Of a stretch of DNA of 64,000 nucleotides, positions 42,502-55,358 are shown piece by piece; positions within the stretch are counted from its first letter, which is position 1; every line of letters begins with the position of its first letter. The position numbers were made by a program, and so were the translations under genes. The stretch lies in assembly GCA_951406725.2 (NCBI GenBank), contig OX597837.1, positions 5,890,001 through 5,954,000 on the forward strand, in the 5' to 3' direction. The notes beneath the pieces are model-generated. The model was not told the origin of the DNA. It saw only the letters and a program-made list of their open reading frames with translations, and ran no database searches. Source of the stretch: Octopus vulgaris (taxonomy: Eukaryota).

Positions 42502-43525
42502 TTAGTTTTATTTTTATATCGTGCTTTAACTTCACTACCGAGCGCAGCTCTGTGTGCCTTGGGTATGTGCTGTGATTTGTTGTGATGCTCTGATGGTTAT
42601 TGTATGGAAAGTGCTCTGCGTAGGATGTGTGCAGTGCCTAGTAGTGCAACTTTCTGTATGATATATGTGCTTGTAAGTCCTGGTGTTTTTGTTATGTATT
42701 TGTCTGAATATTTTTTTATCATGCCTAATGCACCTACTATGATAGGAATTGTTTCTGTTTTCAGATTCCACATTCTAGTTACCTCTATTTCCAGGTCTTT
42801 GTATTTTGAGAGTTTCTCCATTTCTTTTAGAGACACGTTGTCATCTGCCGGTATTGATACATCAATTAGAAAGCATTTTTTTCTTCATGATCTCTGACAA
42901 CTATATCTGGTCTGTTGGCCTTAATTTCTCTATCTGTGTGTATCGGCATATCCCAGAGTATGATTGCTTTCTCGTTTTCTGTAACCTTTTCTGGTGTGTG
43001 CCTATACCATCTTTTTTCTGTTGTTATTCCATAATGTTGGCATAGCTTCTAGTGTATGTAGGTTCCAACTCTGTCATGTCTGTGAATATATTCCTTCTTA
43101 GCCAGGACTGGGCAGCTAGAGATAATATGATTTATTGTTTCTTGTCCATCTCCACATATTCTGCAGTTACTTGTAATATTTCTTTTCATTACATGTTTTT
43201 GGTAATTTCTGGTGGGGAGGCTTTGGTCTTGTGCTGCAATTAAAAATCCCTCTGTTTCTGCTTTGAGTCCTGAGCTTCTCAACCATTGCTGGGATCTTTC
43301 TTTGTCTATTTCTTTTGCGTTTAGTTTAGTCCAGTATTTACCATGAAGGGGCTTTTCTTGCCATCGTTTTATCATGGTTCGTTGCTGTTCTATTTTTAGT
43401 TTGGATTTCATTTGTTTTATAGCTTTTGTTGTTTCTTCATCATCTTCTTCTTCTTCTTCTTCGTGTTTATTAGGTGGTATGATTTCTTGTTTGTATTTGT
43501 CAGCTTCCTTAAATACTGAGAACAG

Positions 43526-43530
<5 letters not shown>
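42498..43530 (-). mobile_element. 5'-truncated R4/Dong-clade LINE (CCHC finger + RLE), pseudogenised
   Basis: WQEKPLHG, ETEGFLIAAQDQ, CRICGDGQETINHIISSC, RHDRV, NRPDIVV, IDVSIP, EKLSKYKDL, GALG, GTAHILRR; stop at 43049; flanked by (TTA)n. Confidence 0.92.
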
Positions 43531-43579
<49 letters not shown>

Positions 43580-43784
43580 GTACGTGATCCCCTGTATACC
43601 AATAACTGAGCTGAATTGAAATCCGGCGCTCTTAGCTTTATTTCAACGTCAAAAGCCATTACATAACAAGACCTATCTGTTTATCGATCTCTAAATGTCT
43701 CACCAACCGGTTACATATTCTTTCTGAACTTCAATTTTCAGATAATCTTTCAACACAGTTCTCGATTTCTATACCTAGAGCACC

Positions 43785-43942
<158 letters not shown>

Positions 43943-44887
43943 CCTTCTTTTACTTATGAAAAGTTTAGCATTTCTTCATTATTCCTATTTTCTTCTTTTA
44001 CGTCTTCTTTTTTCTTCCTCTTCTTCTTCCTTTCTTTTTCTTCTTTTTCGTTTTCTTTTTTGTTTTTGTTTTTCTTATTTTCCTCCTTCTCCTCCTTCTC
44101 CTCCTTCTCTCCTTCTCCTCTTCCTCCTTCTTCTTCTCCCTTATTTATCTCCCCCTCCTCCCCCTCCTCCTTAATCTTCCCATCCTCCTCCTCCTCCTCC
44201 TTAATCTTCCCATCCTCCTCCTCCTTCTTCCTCATCTTCATCTTCATCTTCATCTTCATCTTCATCTTCTTCTTCTTCTTCTTCTTCTTCTTCTTCTTCT
44301 TCTTCACCTTCACCTCTCTTTTATTCCCTTCTCCTTTCAAATTCTTTAATCTTAGACATTCGTATCTCACAGTTACATCCTTGCTTGCGAATTAAAAAAT
44401 TCGACCGTAACATTATTCCCCTTCACGTTTTGACACCGAAGAATGAAACTAATGTGGTTTACGTGGGAAACATGAAGCCTACTGAAATTCACTGCTTATT
44501 CAGTCGCCATATTCTTCACACACACACACACACACATACACACACACACACGCGCACGCACACACACACATATACACAAACACATACATGCATGCATACA
44601 AGCTAACATAGACGAAAACATATCATACCAAGATACTGTGAATAAAGGTAGAATGATCCAAGAATATTACACCAAATTAAAACAATATGGCACTCGGAAC
44701 TCTCCCTTTACAAGACATCATCCCACAAGTTTAGGAAGTGAACTAGTTTTCTTTGAAGTTGAACGGTAACAGACACAAGAGACTGGTACTTGCTAAAATT
44801 GATCGTTTTATGATGTTCCTAAATTTAAATGTTCCTTCTTATTTTCCTAAAATTTCAAACAAGATCGTATGAATAGGCAGTTATTTA

Positions 44888-45274
44888 CTCTTTTACGTTT
44901 ACTTGTTTCAGTCATTTGACTGCGGCCATGCTGGAGCACCGCCTTTAGTCGAGCAACTCGACCTCGGGACTTATTCTTTTTGTAAGCCCAGTACTTATTC
45001 TATCGGTCTCTTTTTTGCCGAGCCGCTTAGTGACGGGGACGTAAGCACACCAGCATCGGTGGTCAAGGAATGCTAAGGGAACAAACACAGACATACAAAC
45101 ACACACGCATACATATATATATATACATATATACGACAGGCTACTTTCAGTTTCCGTCTACCAAATCCACTCACAAGGCTTTGGTCGGCCCGGGGCTATA
45201 GCCGAAGACACTTGCCCAAGATGCCACGCAGTGGGACTGAACCCGGAACTATGTGGTTAGTTAGCAAGCTACTT
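44888..45274 (-). mobile_element. SINE family A body; its 5' end is displaced to 47569-47607 by an insertion
   Basis: Reverse complement of family A, interrupted at gttagcaagctactt and resumed at 47569 (..accacacagccactcctgcgcct). Confidence 0.9.
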
Positions 45275-47568
45275 TATTTCATAACATTTGCCATAAAGGC
45301 AGTACATAGAGTAAGTTAGCTTTGTGGGCTGGACGAGGACATTAATGAAGTGAATGATAATGAAAGAAAGATGATGGGGATGGGAGAAGACAAAAAGCGC
45401 CCGCCGACTTCTGCTTCTCTAAAACATTGTTCTTTTTAAAAACAAACACAAAACGAGGTATTAAACCTCTTACGATTTTTTCAATTTTTGGACTTAGCAG
45501 TCCATTACTAATAACAACATAGTTCAATAATTACATATATAAATACAATACACAAAGCCCCTCCTCCCAGACCTGGCTTACACTTCCCTTAGGAATGCGC
45601 CAGCTCTAGGTCGGGGCCCCTCAAGTCGTATCACAATTTGACTCGTCCTCGAAATAACTTGTGCCCGCGCCCTCCACCATCCACCACGCCTCCCTCAGAA
45701 CGTAATCGAGTTCCGAGTTAGCGTCACCCGGGACCAAGCTATAATCCTCATTGAGCTCCTTCAGCCCAAGCGTCACGTCGAACGCCACGGCCTCCACAGC
45801 TACCTGCGGAGGCCATTCGGGGTCCTGTGTGAAGGCGAAAGGTGCTCCCTTGTGGTGCTTTTCCATCACCTTTTCAATCTCTCCGCCTCTATAGAAGGGG
45901 ATCAATACATTCAATTCTTTCGTTGGCGGCACAGTTCCCGCCAACGGTATTTCTTCTCCTGTCGGTGGCACAACCCCAACCGACGTAGTTCCGGGACATT
46001 CCGGTGCTATGTCACCGACAGCCGGTAATGTCCCGTTTCTCTTCCTCTTCTTCTTTTTTCTTTTCAACTGAGGGAGGGTGCGTCTCCTCCGTGGCCGGAA
46101 GATTCGCCTTTCCCTCCTCATCCCTAGTATCCTTTGGTAAGCACCCATTGTTGCTCACCTTCCTCTTTCGGCCTCTGTTTGAGGAGTCCTCTGCTTCCTC
46201 GGCCGTTGTCATTCCCTCTTCTACAGGGGTTTCACTTAACTGTTCCGGGATCCTATTTTGTTCCCGGGGACAGTTCTTCTTTATGTGGCCGGACTCCAAG
46301 CACCGATGACACTTAGGGGGCGACCCTCAAGCATCACCGGGTACCTGCACCCGGCCATTTTCAAAAAATCTGGAAGAACCAGATTGGCTGATTGGGTCCA
46401 AAGGGTCAAAATTGCTTTTGACCCAACCCAAGCAGCCGCAGGAAGAACTTTTACATTAAGGAGCTTAGTTTCGCTGCTATCCAGACCCCGGCGGATAGTC
46501 TCCTCTATCCACTCGGGTTCTATCCCGGGTGGCAGCCCGCAAATCCACGCTTTCGTCCGTCTCTTTTTTTGGTACGTGGGCAGGAATAAAATTTCCTTAC
46601 CCTCCAGGGGTTTGCTAGCAAATTTGCAAGCCTCTTCAGGGGTGTCAAATAGCAACCACACCGTTGCATATTTGACACCCCTGGAAATGAATTTAATTGT
46701 TGGCAAATACTCTGCCAACTCCTTTTCAATTGCCGTCTTTTCGAATAGGGCGATGGTGTCGAGTGCCTTGGAGTAGGTTCTCAACACCACCGTCCTATCT
46801 TCACGGTCTTTTAACCACTTTTTAGGCGGTATGATCTCCCATTCCAAAATTGTCATTTTTCATTGCCATGTTTTTTTTGTTTTTTTTTTTAAATATATTC
46901 AAATTAAACTTAAAGAGCGAGAAGAAAAAAGTTCAAAAGTCCAAATAAAATTTGATAGATTTTTGAAAAAACAAAAAGGAGAAAGCACAACAGAAGGGAA
47001 GAAATCAACGGAAAGTCGCAATAAACAAAAAAAATAAAAGGGGGAGTTAAATGAAGTTCAAAAGAAAGTTAATAAACAGAAAAACACAGCAAAAATCTTC
47101 TGGCCTTACGGTACTGCCGGCCTGAGTTGAACCTGGAACGCCGCAACTGTAACACAACCTCCACAAAATGGGTCCGAAAGGTAATCCAAAAGTGGCTTAT
47201 TTTTATAATTTTCTTGCGAAGTACTCTGACAAGGGAATAAATTCAACAAACCCAAATACAGCACTGGCTACCGCCAACGGTAATTTTAACAGTAACTGTA
47301 TTGGGTTCCGATGATACGCCCCTCCACTGTTTTTTTTCAATAAACACAAAAACGGCAGCCGCCGAGAGCAGGCGAAATTGTCTCAGAGTTGGACACAACT
47401 TACTGAAATAATAATTGGCACGTAATAAATTATGCCCAACTCACAATAAATAAAATCACTCACCTCGACAACTTTCCGTTTTTGGTCTTTTTTCTGTAAT
47501 TGGACGGAGCTGTTTAACTCACGTCCACTCTGGCTCAGCAGGAAGCAACTGACTAACTGCGCATGTGT
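45275..47568 (-). mobile_element. ORF1-only L1/Tx1-like non-autonomous retroelement with 15-bp TSD
   Basis: TSD gttagcaagctactt (45260-45274) / gttagcaagctattt (47569-47583); ends in AATAAA; single gag-like frame, no EN or RT. Confidence 0.8.
45621..46856 (-). pseudogene. LINE ORF1 / gag-like protein with CCHC zinc knuckle, two apparent frameshifts
   Basis: ORFs 46281-46856, 46012-46299 and 45621-46148 join; restoring one C near 46318 gives EGRPPKCHRCLESGHIKKNCP (Cx2Cx4Hx4C). Confidence 0.75.
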
Positions 47569-48079
47569 GTTAGCAAGCTATTTACCACACAGCCACTCCT
47601 GCGCCTATTTATTCTTTTTTTTTTCATTTCATTCAATTTTTTGCGGTTTTACGCTTTCGCATCTCTTTGTATTTCCTTACTGTTCTTTCTCAGAGGAATA
47701 CCAAATATCGTATTTGGTGTGAGTAAATAATGTGGAGAAACGAAATGCTTTGCCTCTGGTCACCCGAGGATGTGCATGCGTACAGGAATTGCTGAACCGT
47801 ATTAATACAATGTTGCGTATAATTTATATAACATTCTCCATTTAACGTTAACAATAGTGCGCTGAAACAATTGTAGTGATTTGTAATAAACTGTTTCAAT
47901 CTATCTTCGCATATTAAAATTTGTTTCTTCATACTCTTCAGATATTTGTCCATTTTCTCATATATATCCAATGACAACATTGGATACCTATCTTTTTATT
48001 AGCATCTTTTTGCTAACGCGATTAAGTGCGCTACCGTTTACACCAGCGAATCACACTGCTCCTTTCGGTCAAATTTAAG

Positions 48080-48420
48080 AATTCTTCTTCTTCTCCCCTT
48101 CTTCTTCTTCTTCTTCTTCTTCTTCTTCTTCTTCTTCTTCTTCTTCTCCTTTTTTCTCCTTCTTCTCCTCCTCCTTCTTCTTCTTTTTCTTCTTCTTCTT
48201 TTTCTCCTTCACCTTCTCCTTCTTCTTCTTCTTCTTCTTCTTCTCCTTCTTCTTCTTCTTCTTCTCCTTCTTCTTCTTCTTCTTCTCCTTCTTCTTCTTC
48301 TTCTTCTTCTTCTCCTTCTTCTTCTTCTTCTTCTTCTCCTCCACCTCCTCCTCCCCTCCTTCTTCTTCTTCTTCTTCTTCTTCTTCTTCGTCTTCTTCTT
48401 CTTCTTCTTCTTCTTCACCT
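48080..48420. repeat. (TTC)n/(TCC) microsatellite
   Basis: Directly visible. Confidence 0.95.
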
Positions 48421-48490
48421 CTCTTTTATTCCCTTCTCCTTACAAATTCTTTCGTATTTGTTTTTGAAAGCAAATTTTGTGTGCTTTCTG

Positions 48491-48758
48491 TGCGAATGGC
48501 TTTGTTAAGCGGTGTCGTGTTTTACAATTCAGTAAATAATCATAATGGTATTTTTTAATAAGCATAAAGCTTACAGCGATCATCGTGCAAATGACTAAGG
48601 AAAATTGTCTAATAATAGGCATATTCGTAGGCTTTCCTGAACGCGTGGGACTCGAACCCACATCCCTTTGTTAACGCGACAAAGTGTGTTACCGATTACA
48701 CCATTACTATTATTTATAGAATTGTAAATCTCGACACCGTTTAACAAAACCAATCGCA
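48491..48758 (-). mobile_element. Inverted-repeat-bounded element containing a tRNA-like module at 48643-48703
   Basis: 40-bp inverted repeats (35/40); gugu/acac D arm, cuuugu/acaaag anticodon arm, guggg-UUCGAGU-cccac T arm; no acceptor stem. Confidence 0.6.
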
Positions 48759-49491
48759 TTAAAATATATATATACATACATGCATATATATGTGTGTGTG
48801 CGCGCGCGCGCGCGTGTGTGTGTGTATGTGTATGTGTGCGTGTGTGTATGTACAGACAGACATACATAAGTCTTTCTATGTGCTTTGGTTAAAGTGGAAA
48901 GGATATATTTCCAACATTGCAAATAGAATTCTACAGCTGATATTTTGACATATCCACTCATACCACGAATGGAAAGGGCGTAGATGCGTAATTAAATACG
49001 AGATTAAAACAAATGATTTATATCGGATTAAAATTAAAATATTTATAGCTGGCGATAATTTGTTAGGTGTCAAAATATATCTCAAAATTAATTCCATTAC
49101 ATTTATGTCACAGATTTTGAAAACTAACAAATTTTCTCCACTTATCGATACATACATACATAGTTACATTCATACATACGTACGTACGAACATACATACA
49201 TTCGTATTTACGTACGTATGTATGAATGTATGTATGTAGTTATGTATGTATGTGAATTTCTCTGTGTTAACTACATTCCAAAGATGGAGCCTTATATCTT
49301 TGTTGGTAACTGGCTTCCTCCTAAGTGGAAAATGTATAATAACTAAAAAATAGAACGCACACACATATGCAAAAATAACTACAGTATAGTTCAAAGTACA
49401 GCAAACAAAGTGTATTAGTTTAACACTGAGAAAAAAGGTCTTCAATATTTTGAGCTTTGTACAGAAAGTTCAGAAAGGAGAGGAAAGAAAC

Positions 49492-49634
49492 GTGTCTGCT
49501 ACTATAGCCTCGGGCCGACTAAAGACTTGTGAGTGGATTTGGTAGACGGAAACTGGAAGAAGCTCGTCGTATATATGTATACATACATATACATATATAC
49601 ATATATACATATATATATGTATATATATACATAT

Positions 49635-49690
<56 letters not shown>

Positions 49691-49932
49691 ATGTGTTTGT
49701 GTGAGTGTGTGTGTATTTATATATATATCTTTGTGTGTCTTTGTTTGTCCCCCCAACATCGCTTGACAACCGATGCTGGTGTGTTTACGTCCCAGTAACT
49801 TAGCGGTTCGGCAAAAGAGACTGATAGAATAAGTACTAGGCTTACATAGAATAAGCCCTGGGGTCGATTTGCGCTACTAAATGCGGTGCTCCAGTATGGC
49901 CACAGTCAAATGACTGGAACAAGTAAAAGAGA
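49492..49932 (+). mobile_element. SINE family A, 5'-truncated
   Basis: ctatagcctcgggccgac...gtcaaatgactggaacaagtaaaagag. Confidence 0.9.
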
Positions 49933-49949
49933 ATATATATATATATATA

Positions 49950-50578
49950 TACAAAATAAGAAAATGGAGAAATACATCGAAATCAAATATCAATTACCAG
50001 ATAATACTCAATCACATACTTTATTAAACCACTACATAAGAAACTATAAGGTTAAACATAATAATGCAGGGTAAAACAGTGTACATGAAGGAGTGTACAT
50101 AAAATAGTAATGTTATACAATAAGTAGAATACGTATAATAGAACATAAATATAAGTACACATAAATATAAATATAGATTATATATTTATAATTATGTGTA
50201 CTTATATTTATGTTCTATTATACGTATTCTACTTATTGTATAACATTACTATTTTATGTACACTCCTTCATGTACACTGTTTTACCCTGCATTATTATGT
50301 TTAACCTTATAGTTTCTTATGTAGTGGTTTAATAAAGTATGTGATTGAGTATTATCTGGTAATTGATATTTGATTTCGATGTATTTCTCCATTTTCTTAT
50401 TTTGTATTATGAATTTGTGGTAAAATATTTTACCTTTGCCCATATAATACAATAAATGAATTAATTGTATCGCAATTCTTAACATATATGTATTAACTTT
50501 GTTGAGTACCTTACTAGCAGTATATTGGATATATGGTATCCCATGGTGGGTTGCATTTACAACCCCTATCTCAATTTG
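49950..50578 (+). repeat. Near-perfect long inverted repeat (about 226-bp arms, about 5-nt loop) plus 170-bp tail, in (TA)n
   Basis: 49950-50175 vs 50181-50406; the same peptide QNKKMEKYIEIK...HNNAG appears on both strands in the ORF track. Confidence 0.92.
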
Positions 50579-51419
50579 TATATATATATATATATATATA
50601 TAGTTTGAGGGTAGCAATCATAGGATGTACACATATAGATACCAAAAAATTAGAATTAGATATGGAATGATATTAGAGAGAAAGATAAGGAAAGAGAGGT
50701 AGAGAGAGGGGCAGAGAGAGGGAGAGAGAGATGTAATATAAAATATGGATTCTCTCGTTGATCTGCCTCTCTCCAAAAATGTTTGATAATAAACAAATAG
50801 GTATTTTGAAGAAAAAAATAAAACAGTGTGAAACAACAGGCTGTCCGGGGGAAAGGTCAACGTCTGATAAATTCACAGAAAATTATTATTATTTTTTTTC
50901 CTCTGTTGAATAACATTGGTAAGGGTTTATGCGAGCGTACTTCATAGATTTGACTGAGACGAGATGAGTTTTAAAGTGAAAGACGAAATGAAGAACAAGA
51001 AAGAATGAAAGAAGTTTAATGAAGAGGGACTGCCAACGGACAAAGAAGGAGAGAAAATGTGGTAGATTTTTTATTACTTTTCCTATGTCAACAGCCGGTG
51101 TCTACAAAGCAGACATATTGGATTTCGATTCTACTTTCTCCGACATAGGAGGTCAACACCTTTAAGAAATATACGTGACAATTTTTCTCTTCTTTATTAG
51201 CTGCTATGAATAATGTATATCTGGTTTTTATATAATGAGATGCGACTATACTGGAGCACTGCCATAAACGGTACGATATATCGATCGATCCCGGTACACG
51301 TTGTGTTAAGGCTGGTACTTCTGTCGGTTCCTTAAGCTGAACCGTTCGGTTACGGAAACATAGACACAAACATATGCTTCTTAACCATACAACCGCACTA
51401 CATATTAAGATAGATATAT

Positions 51420-51458
<39 letters not shown>

Positions 51459-51468
51459 TACACGCATA

Positions 51469-51559
<91 letters not shown>

Positions 51560-51596
51560 TTATCTATGTATAAGTACGCATACATAGGAGTGACAT

Positions 51597-51861
51597 AGGC
51601 GCAGGAGTGGCTGTGTGGTAAGTAAATTGCTTAGCAACAACATGGTTCCGGGTTCAGTCCCGCAGCGTGGCACCTTAGGCAAGTGTTTTCTACTGTAGCC
51701 TCGAGCCGACCAAAGACTTGTGAATGGATCTGGTAGACGGAAAAGGAAAAAAAAACCCGTCGTCTATATGTATGTGTGTATATGTTTATGTGTCTATGTT
51801 CCCCCCCCCCCCCGCCCAACATCACTTGACAACCGATGCTGGTGTGTTTATATTCCCGTAA
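51597..51861 (+). mobile_element. SINE family A, 3'-truncated
   Basis: taggcgcaggagtggctgtgtggtaag...cttgacaaccgatgctggtgtgttta. Confidence 0.9.
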
Positions 51862-52281
51862 CACACACACACACACACACACACGCGCGCACACATGCAT
51901 ATGACATCGAATTAAGGCTCCACATTTGAATTCAACTGAAATATCAGAAAATAAACTGATAGCAAAACACACAAAAAAGTTAATAACAACAACAATAACA
52001 AATATAATAATAACAGCAAAACAATCAAAGTGTGACGGTGTCAGGTGGTGAAGGTGGGGGTTTGGAGAAAGACGGATTTATAAAGAGGCGCTGAAGAGAA
52101 AAAGACCAAATAGCAATCATTGAGTATGTTGGACGTAACACAAAAATCAATAGGGAAGGAAATATTAAAGTATATGTACATGTGTGAGTGTGTTTATGTG
52201 TGTGTGTGAATATACGCACAGACATATATGTCTATATATACATATAAATATATGCATATATATATATGTGAATATATACAC

Positions 52282-52355
<74 letters not shown>

Positions 52356-52371
52356 GAGTATATATATATAA

Positions 52372-52419
<48 letters not shown>

Positions 52420-52580
52420 GAGTATATATATATGAGTATATGTATGTATGTATATGTGTCTCTATGTATGGCGGGACTCTGGATGGATACGTGTCTGTGT
52501 ATATACATCCATCCATACATGTATATACATATAATATATATATATATATCAATATATATATTGATATATATATGCTTGTG

Positions 52581-52663
<83 letters not shown>

Positions 52664-53005
52664 CTACATATATATGTGTGTGTGTATGTTTGTAGGTAGG
52701 TATGTATTTATAGACATGTGTGTATTTATGGCCGGTGAAAAGGCCATTTGCACTTTTAGACATAATCAAAAAGTACTCAACATACACGCCAACATAGAAA
52801 CAGAGAGAAAAAAATCTCTATATATAAATCTCTCTATATAAATATGGTTGTTTATATTGCTATTGTTTTGGTAGGGATTGTGGTGGACGTTGTGTGTGGT
52901 GGTAGTCGTGGTGGCGAGGTTGGTGGTGATAGTGGTGCTGTCCTGTCGAATTTTATATGAACAGAGGTTTAATCATTTATGCGTTTGTATGTATGTCTGT
53001 TTGTT

Positions 53006-53045
<40 letters not shown>

Positions 53046-53117
53046 CCTATCTGTCTGTCTCTCAATCTGTCTATCTATCTATATATCTATCTGTCTGTCT
53101 GTCTGTCTATCTATCTG

Positions 53118-53154
<37 letters not shown>

Positions 53155-53225
53155 ATATCTATCTATCTATCTATATATATATATATATATGTGTATCATA
53201 AGAAAAACAGGACGCAAAGGATTTT

Positions 53226-53312
53226 GCGGTACATATGTTTCGGGTTTTATTGAACAACTTATATCAATGCATAATTGATATAACAGGTAGATCAAAAGCC
53301 TTCATCAGCCGC
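53226..53312 (-). ncRNA. Type I hammerhead ribozyme with intact core
   Basis: gcgg CUGAUGA a ggcuuuu..uuauaucaau uaugc auugauauaa..aaaaccc GAAAC AUAU GUA ccgc; stem I gcgg/ccgc; palindromic stem-loop III. Confidence 0.8.
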
Positions 53313-53322
53313 GTACAATTAC

Positions 53323-53380
<58 letters not shown>

Positions 53381-53639
53381 TGTTTGCTCTTAAATTCAGT
53401 TATAATTAATATAGAGTTAACATTAATCTCAGTACAAATTTATTATTCTTATACAAGAACGTATTTGACAGTGACATATTTATATATATATATTTTTTAT
53501 GGCAAATCGCGTTTTGCTTTGCTTTTGCCTGTCCATCTTATATTTTAACTCTGTTTTATTATCTTTCCCTATCGTTGTATCAGCCTGTATTATATTGTAA
53601 TATATTCGTTTCAGGTGTTCACACAAAATCAGCAACTTC

Positions 53640-53812
53640 GGTGGAGAGGTAAGTCAATTAAATCGACCCCAGTGTTCAACTGGTACTCATTTTATCAACT
53701 TCAGAAGGATGAAAGGCAAAGTGGACCTTTAACGGGATTTGAACTCAGAACGTAAAAGACAGACGAAATGTCTCTAGGCTAACGGTACTACCAGGTTGCT
53801 AACTTCGCGCCT
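53640..53812 (-). mobile_element. SINE family C copy
   Basis: atcgaccccagtg..actggtact..aaggatgaaaggcaaagt..atttgaactcagaacgta. Confidence 0.8.
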
Positions 53813-54369
53813 TATTATATTGTATTAATATATTTATTATATCTTATATGTTATATCATATTTTATATTATATATTACGTAATATATCATTTTATATATT
53901 ATCACATTATATAATTTTGTACCTCAGTAAATCGCATTATTTTACAATTTCTACCATAAATGGGTTCTTTTTCGGATGCGAAACCTATAAATACGTCCAA
54001 TAAATTTACTCACAACCAATTACTTCCTCTCAACCAAAAATCTAAAGAGTTAATTTACCCGACCTTCCTCTGTGTCTTAGATTCATACAACCTTGATTCC
54101 ATTTATGAAGACCTATGCGGCCATATATAATATAAATTTAATGTTAATATCAAAGTCAATTAAATATTTAATATAACCCAAATCCACTAATTTTAAACCA
54201 GAAAATATGATATAAAACAGAATGGAGTATTAGCCATCGCGTAATTGCTTATATAACACTCAATTTAGTTGGATTACTATAAAATCTATGGCTATGAATA
54301 TCTTAAGGCGAGATCTGCCAACTCAATAAAATTTAATATAAGCCTTTACAATTATCCAGTTATGCCAGC

Positions 54370-54723
54370 GAACGCAGAGGTCGGTCTTCGCCCTGGCAAT
54401 GCACTATTCATTTTGTGATGTTTGAATGGCCCTTCAATAGATGATGTTAGGAAGGTGTCCATAACATATTCAAAGAGATAGATTTAAAGATCATGGTTGT
54501 TAGGAATCTATGTATAGTTAATTTGTTAGATATAACGTTATATTTAGATGCTGGTAAAGACTGTTCTTATAGTAAACCTAACGAGAAATTTCCCTGTATT
54601 CATATAAATTCCAATCATCATGAAATGATTCTAAACCGCTTAATAACATTAGTGAGCGCGTGTCTAGATTATCTTCTGACGTGGAAACGCCTAAACGTAC
54701 TGCTTATTATTACACTGTCGTAG
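54370..54723 (+). mobile_element. Decayed Penelope-like reverse transcriptase fragment
   Basis: VGL...LNGPSIDDVRK...VNLLDITLYLDAGK..YSKPN...IHINSNH, resembling the PLE GLYRDD...NFLD...YRKP...SNHP region. Confidence 0.65.
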
Positions 54724-54793
54724 GAAAAGATTGTTACACTAATATTGCACAAATATAGGAAATGACATTATAAACTTTAGACCAGTTCAAATA

Positions 54794-55358
54794 TTGGGTT
54801 GTCCGCAAAGTTCGTGCCGATTTTTAAAGGAAAGGAAAAGGTCAATAAATACTCGACATTGCATTTTTAATCAACCAAATATAAACCATTTTGTTGCACA
54901 ATCTTTCCATCTCCATCTTTCCATCTCCATCTTTCCATTAGCTTGAAAATACCCTCTTCCCAGAATTGAGGTGGTTTCATGGTAAAGAATTAATCAAGGT
55001 ATCTTTTTACGTCATCCAAGGAATTGAAATTTTTTACCGTTAAGACTATTCTGCAGAGACCTGAATAAGTGGAAATCCGAAGGAGCAATATCTCGTGAAT
55101 ATGGAGGGTGGGGTAACACATCCCAGCCGAGCTACAGCAATTTTTGTCTGGTTCCCAAAGCATCAAGTGCCGAAAATGAACTTTCTTTTCTTCCATTTTA
55201 AAGTGTGTTTCGTAAAAAGAAATCTTAATGGTAAAAAGATACCTTAATGAATTCTTTGCCATTAAACCACCTCAATTCTAGGAAGAGGGTATTTTCAAGT
55301 AAATGGCAAGTATTTATTGACATTTTTCTTTACTTGAAAAACTTTCCGGACAACCCAA
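54794..55358 (-). mobile_element. Mariner deletion derivative with TA TSD and duplicated, inverted right end
   Basis: TIR ttgggttgtccgcaaagtt / aactttccggacaacccaa flanked by TA; MEEKKVHFRHLML fused to GWDVLPHPPYSRDIAPSDFHLFRSLQN. Confidence 0.88.

Noticed and set aside
47690-47980. 96-aa non-repetitive minus-strand ORF
   Set aside because: No recognisable motif or splice context; length compatible with chance
48890-49143. Weak inverted ends suggesting a MITE
   Set aside because: Only short 9-10 bp matches in AT-rich sequence
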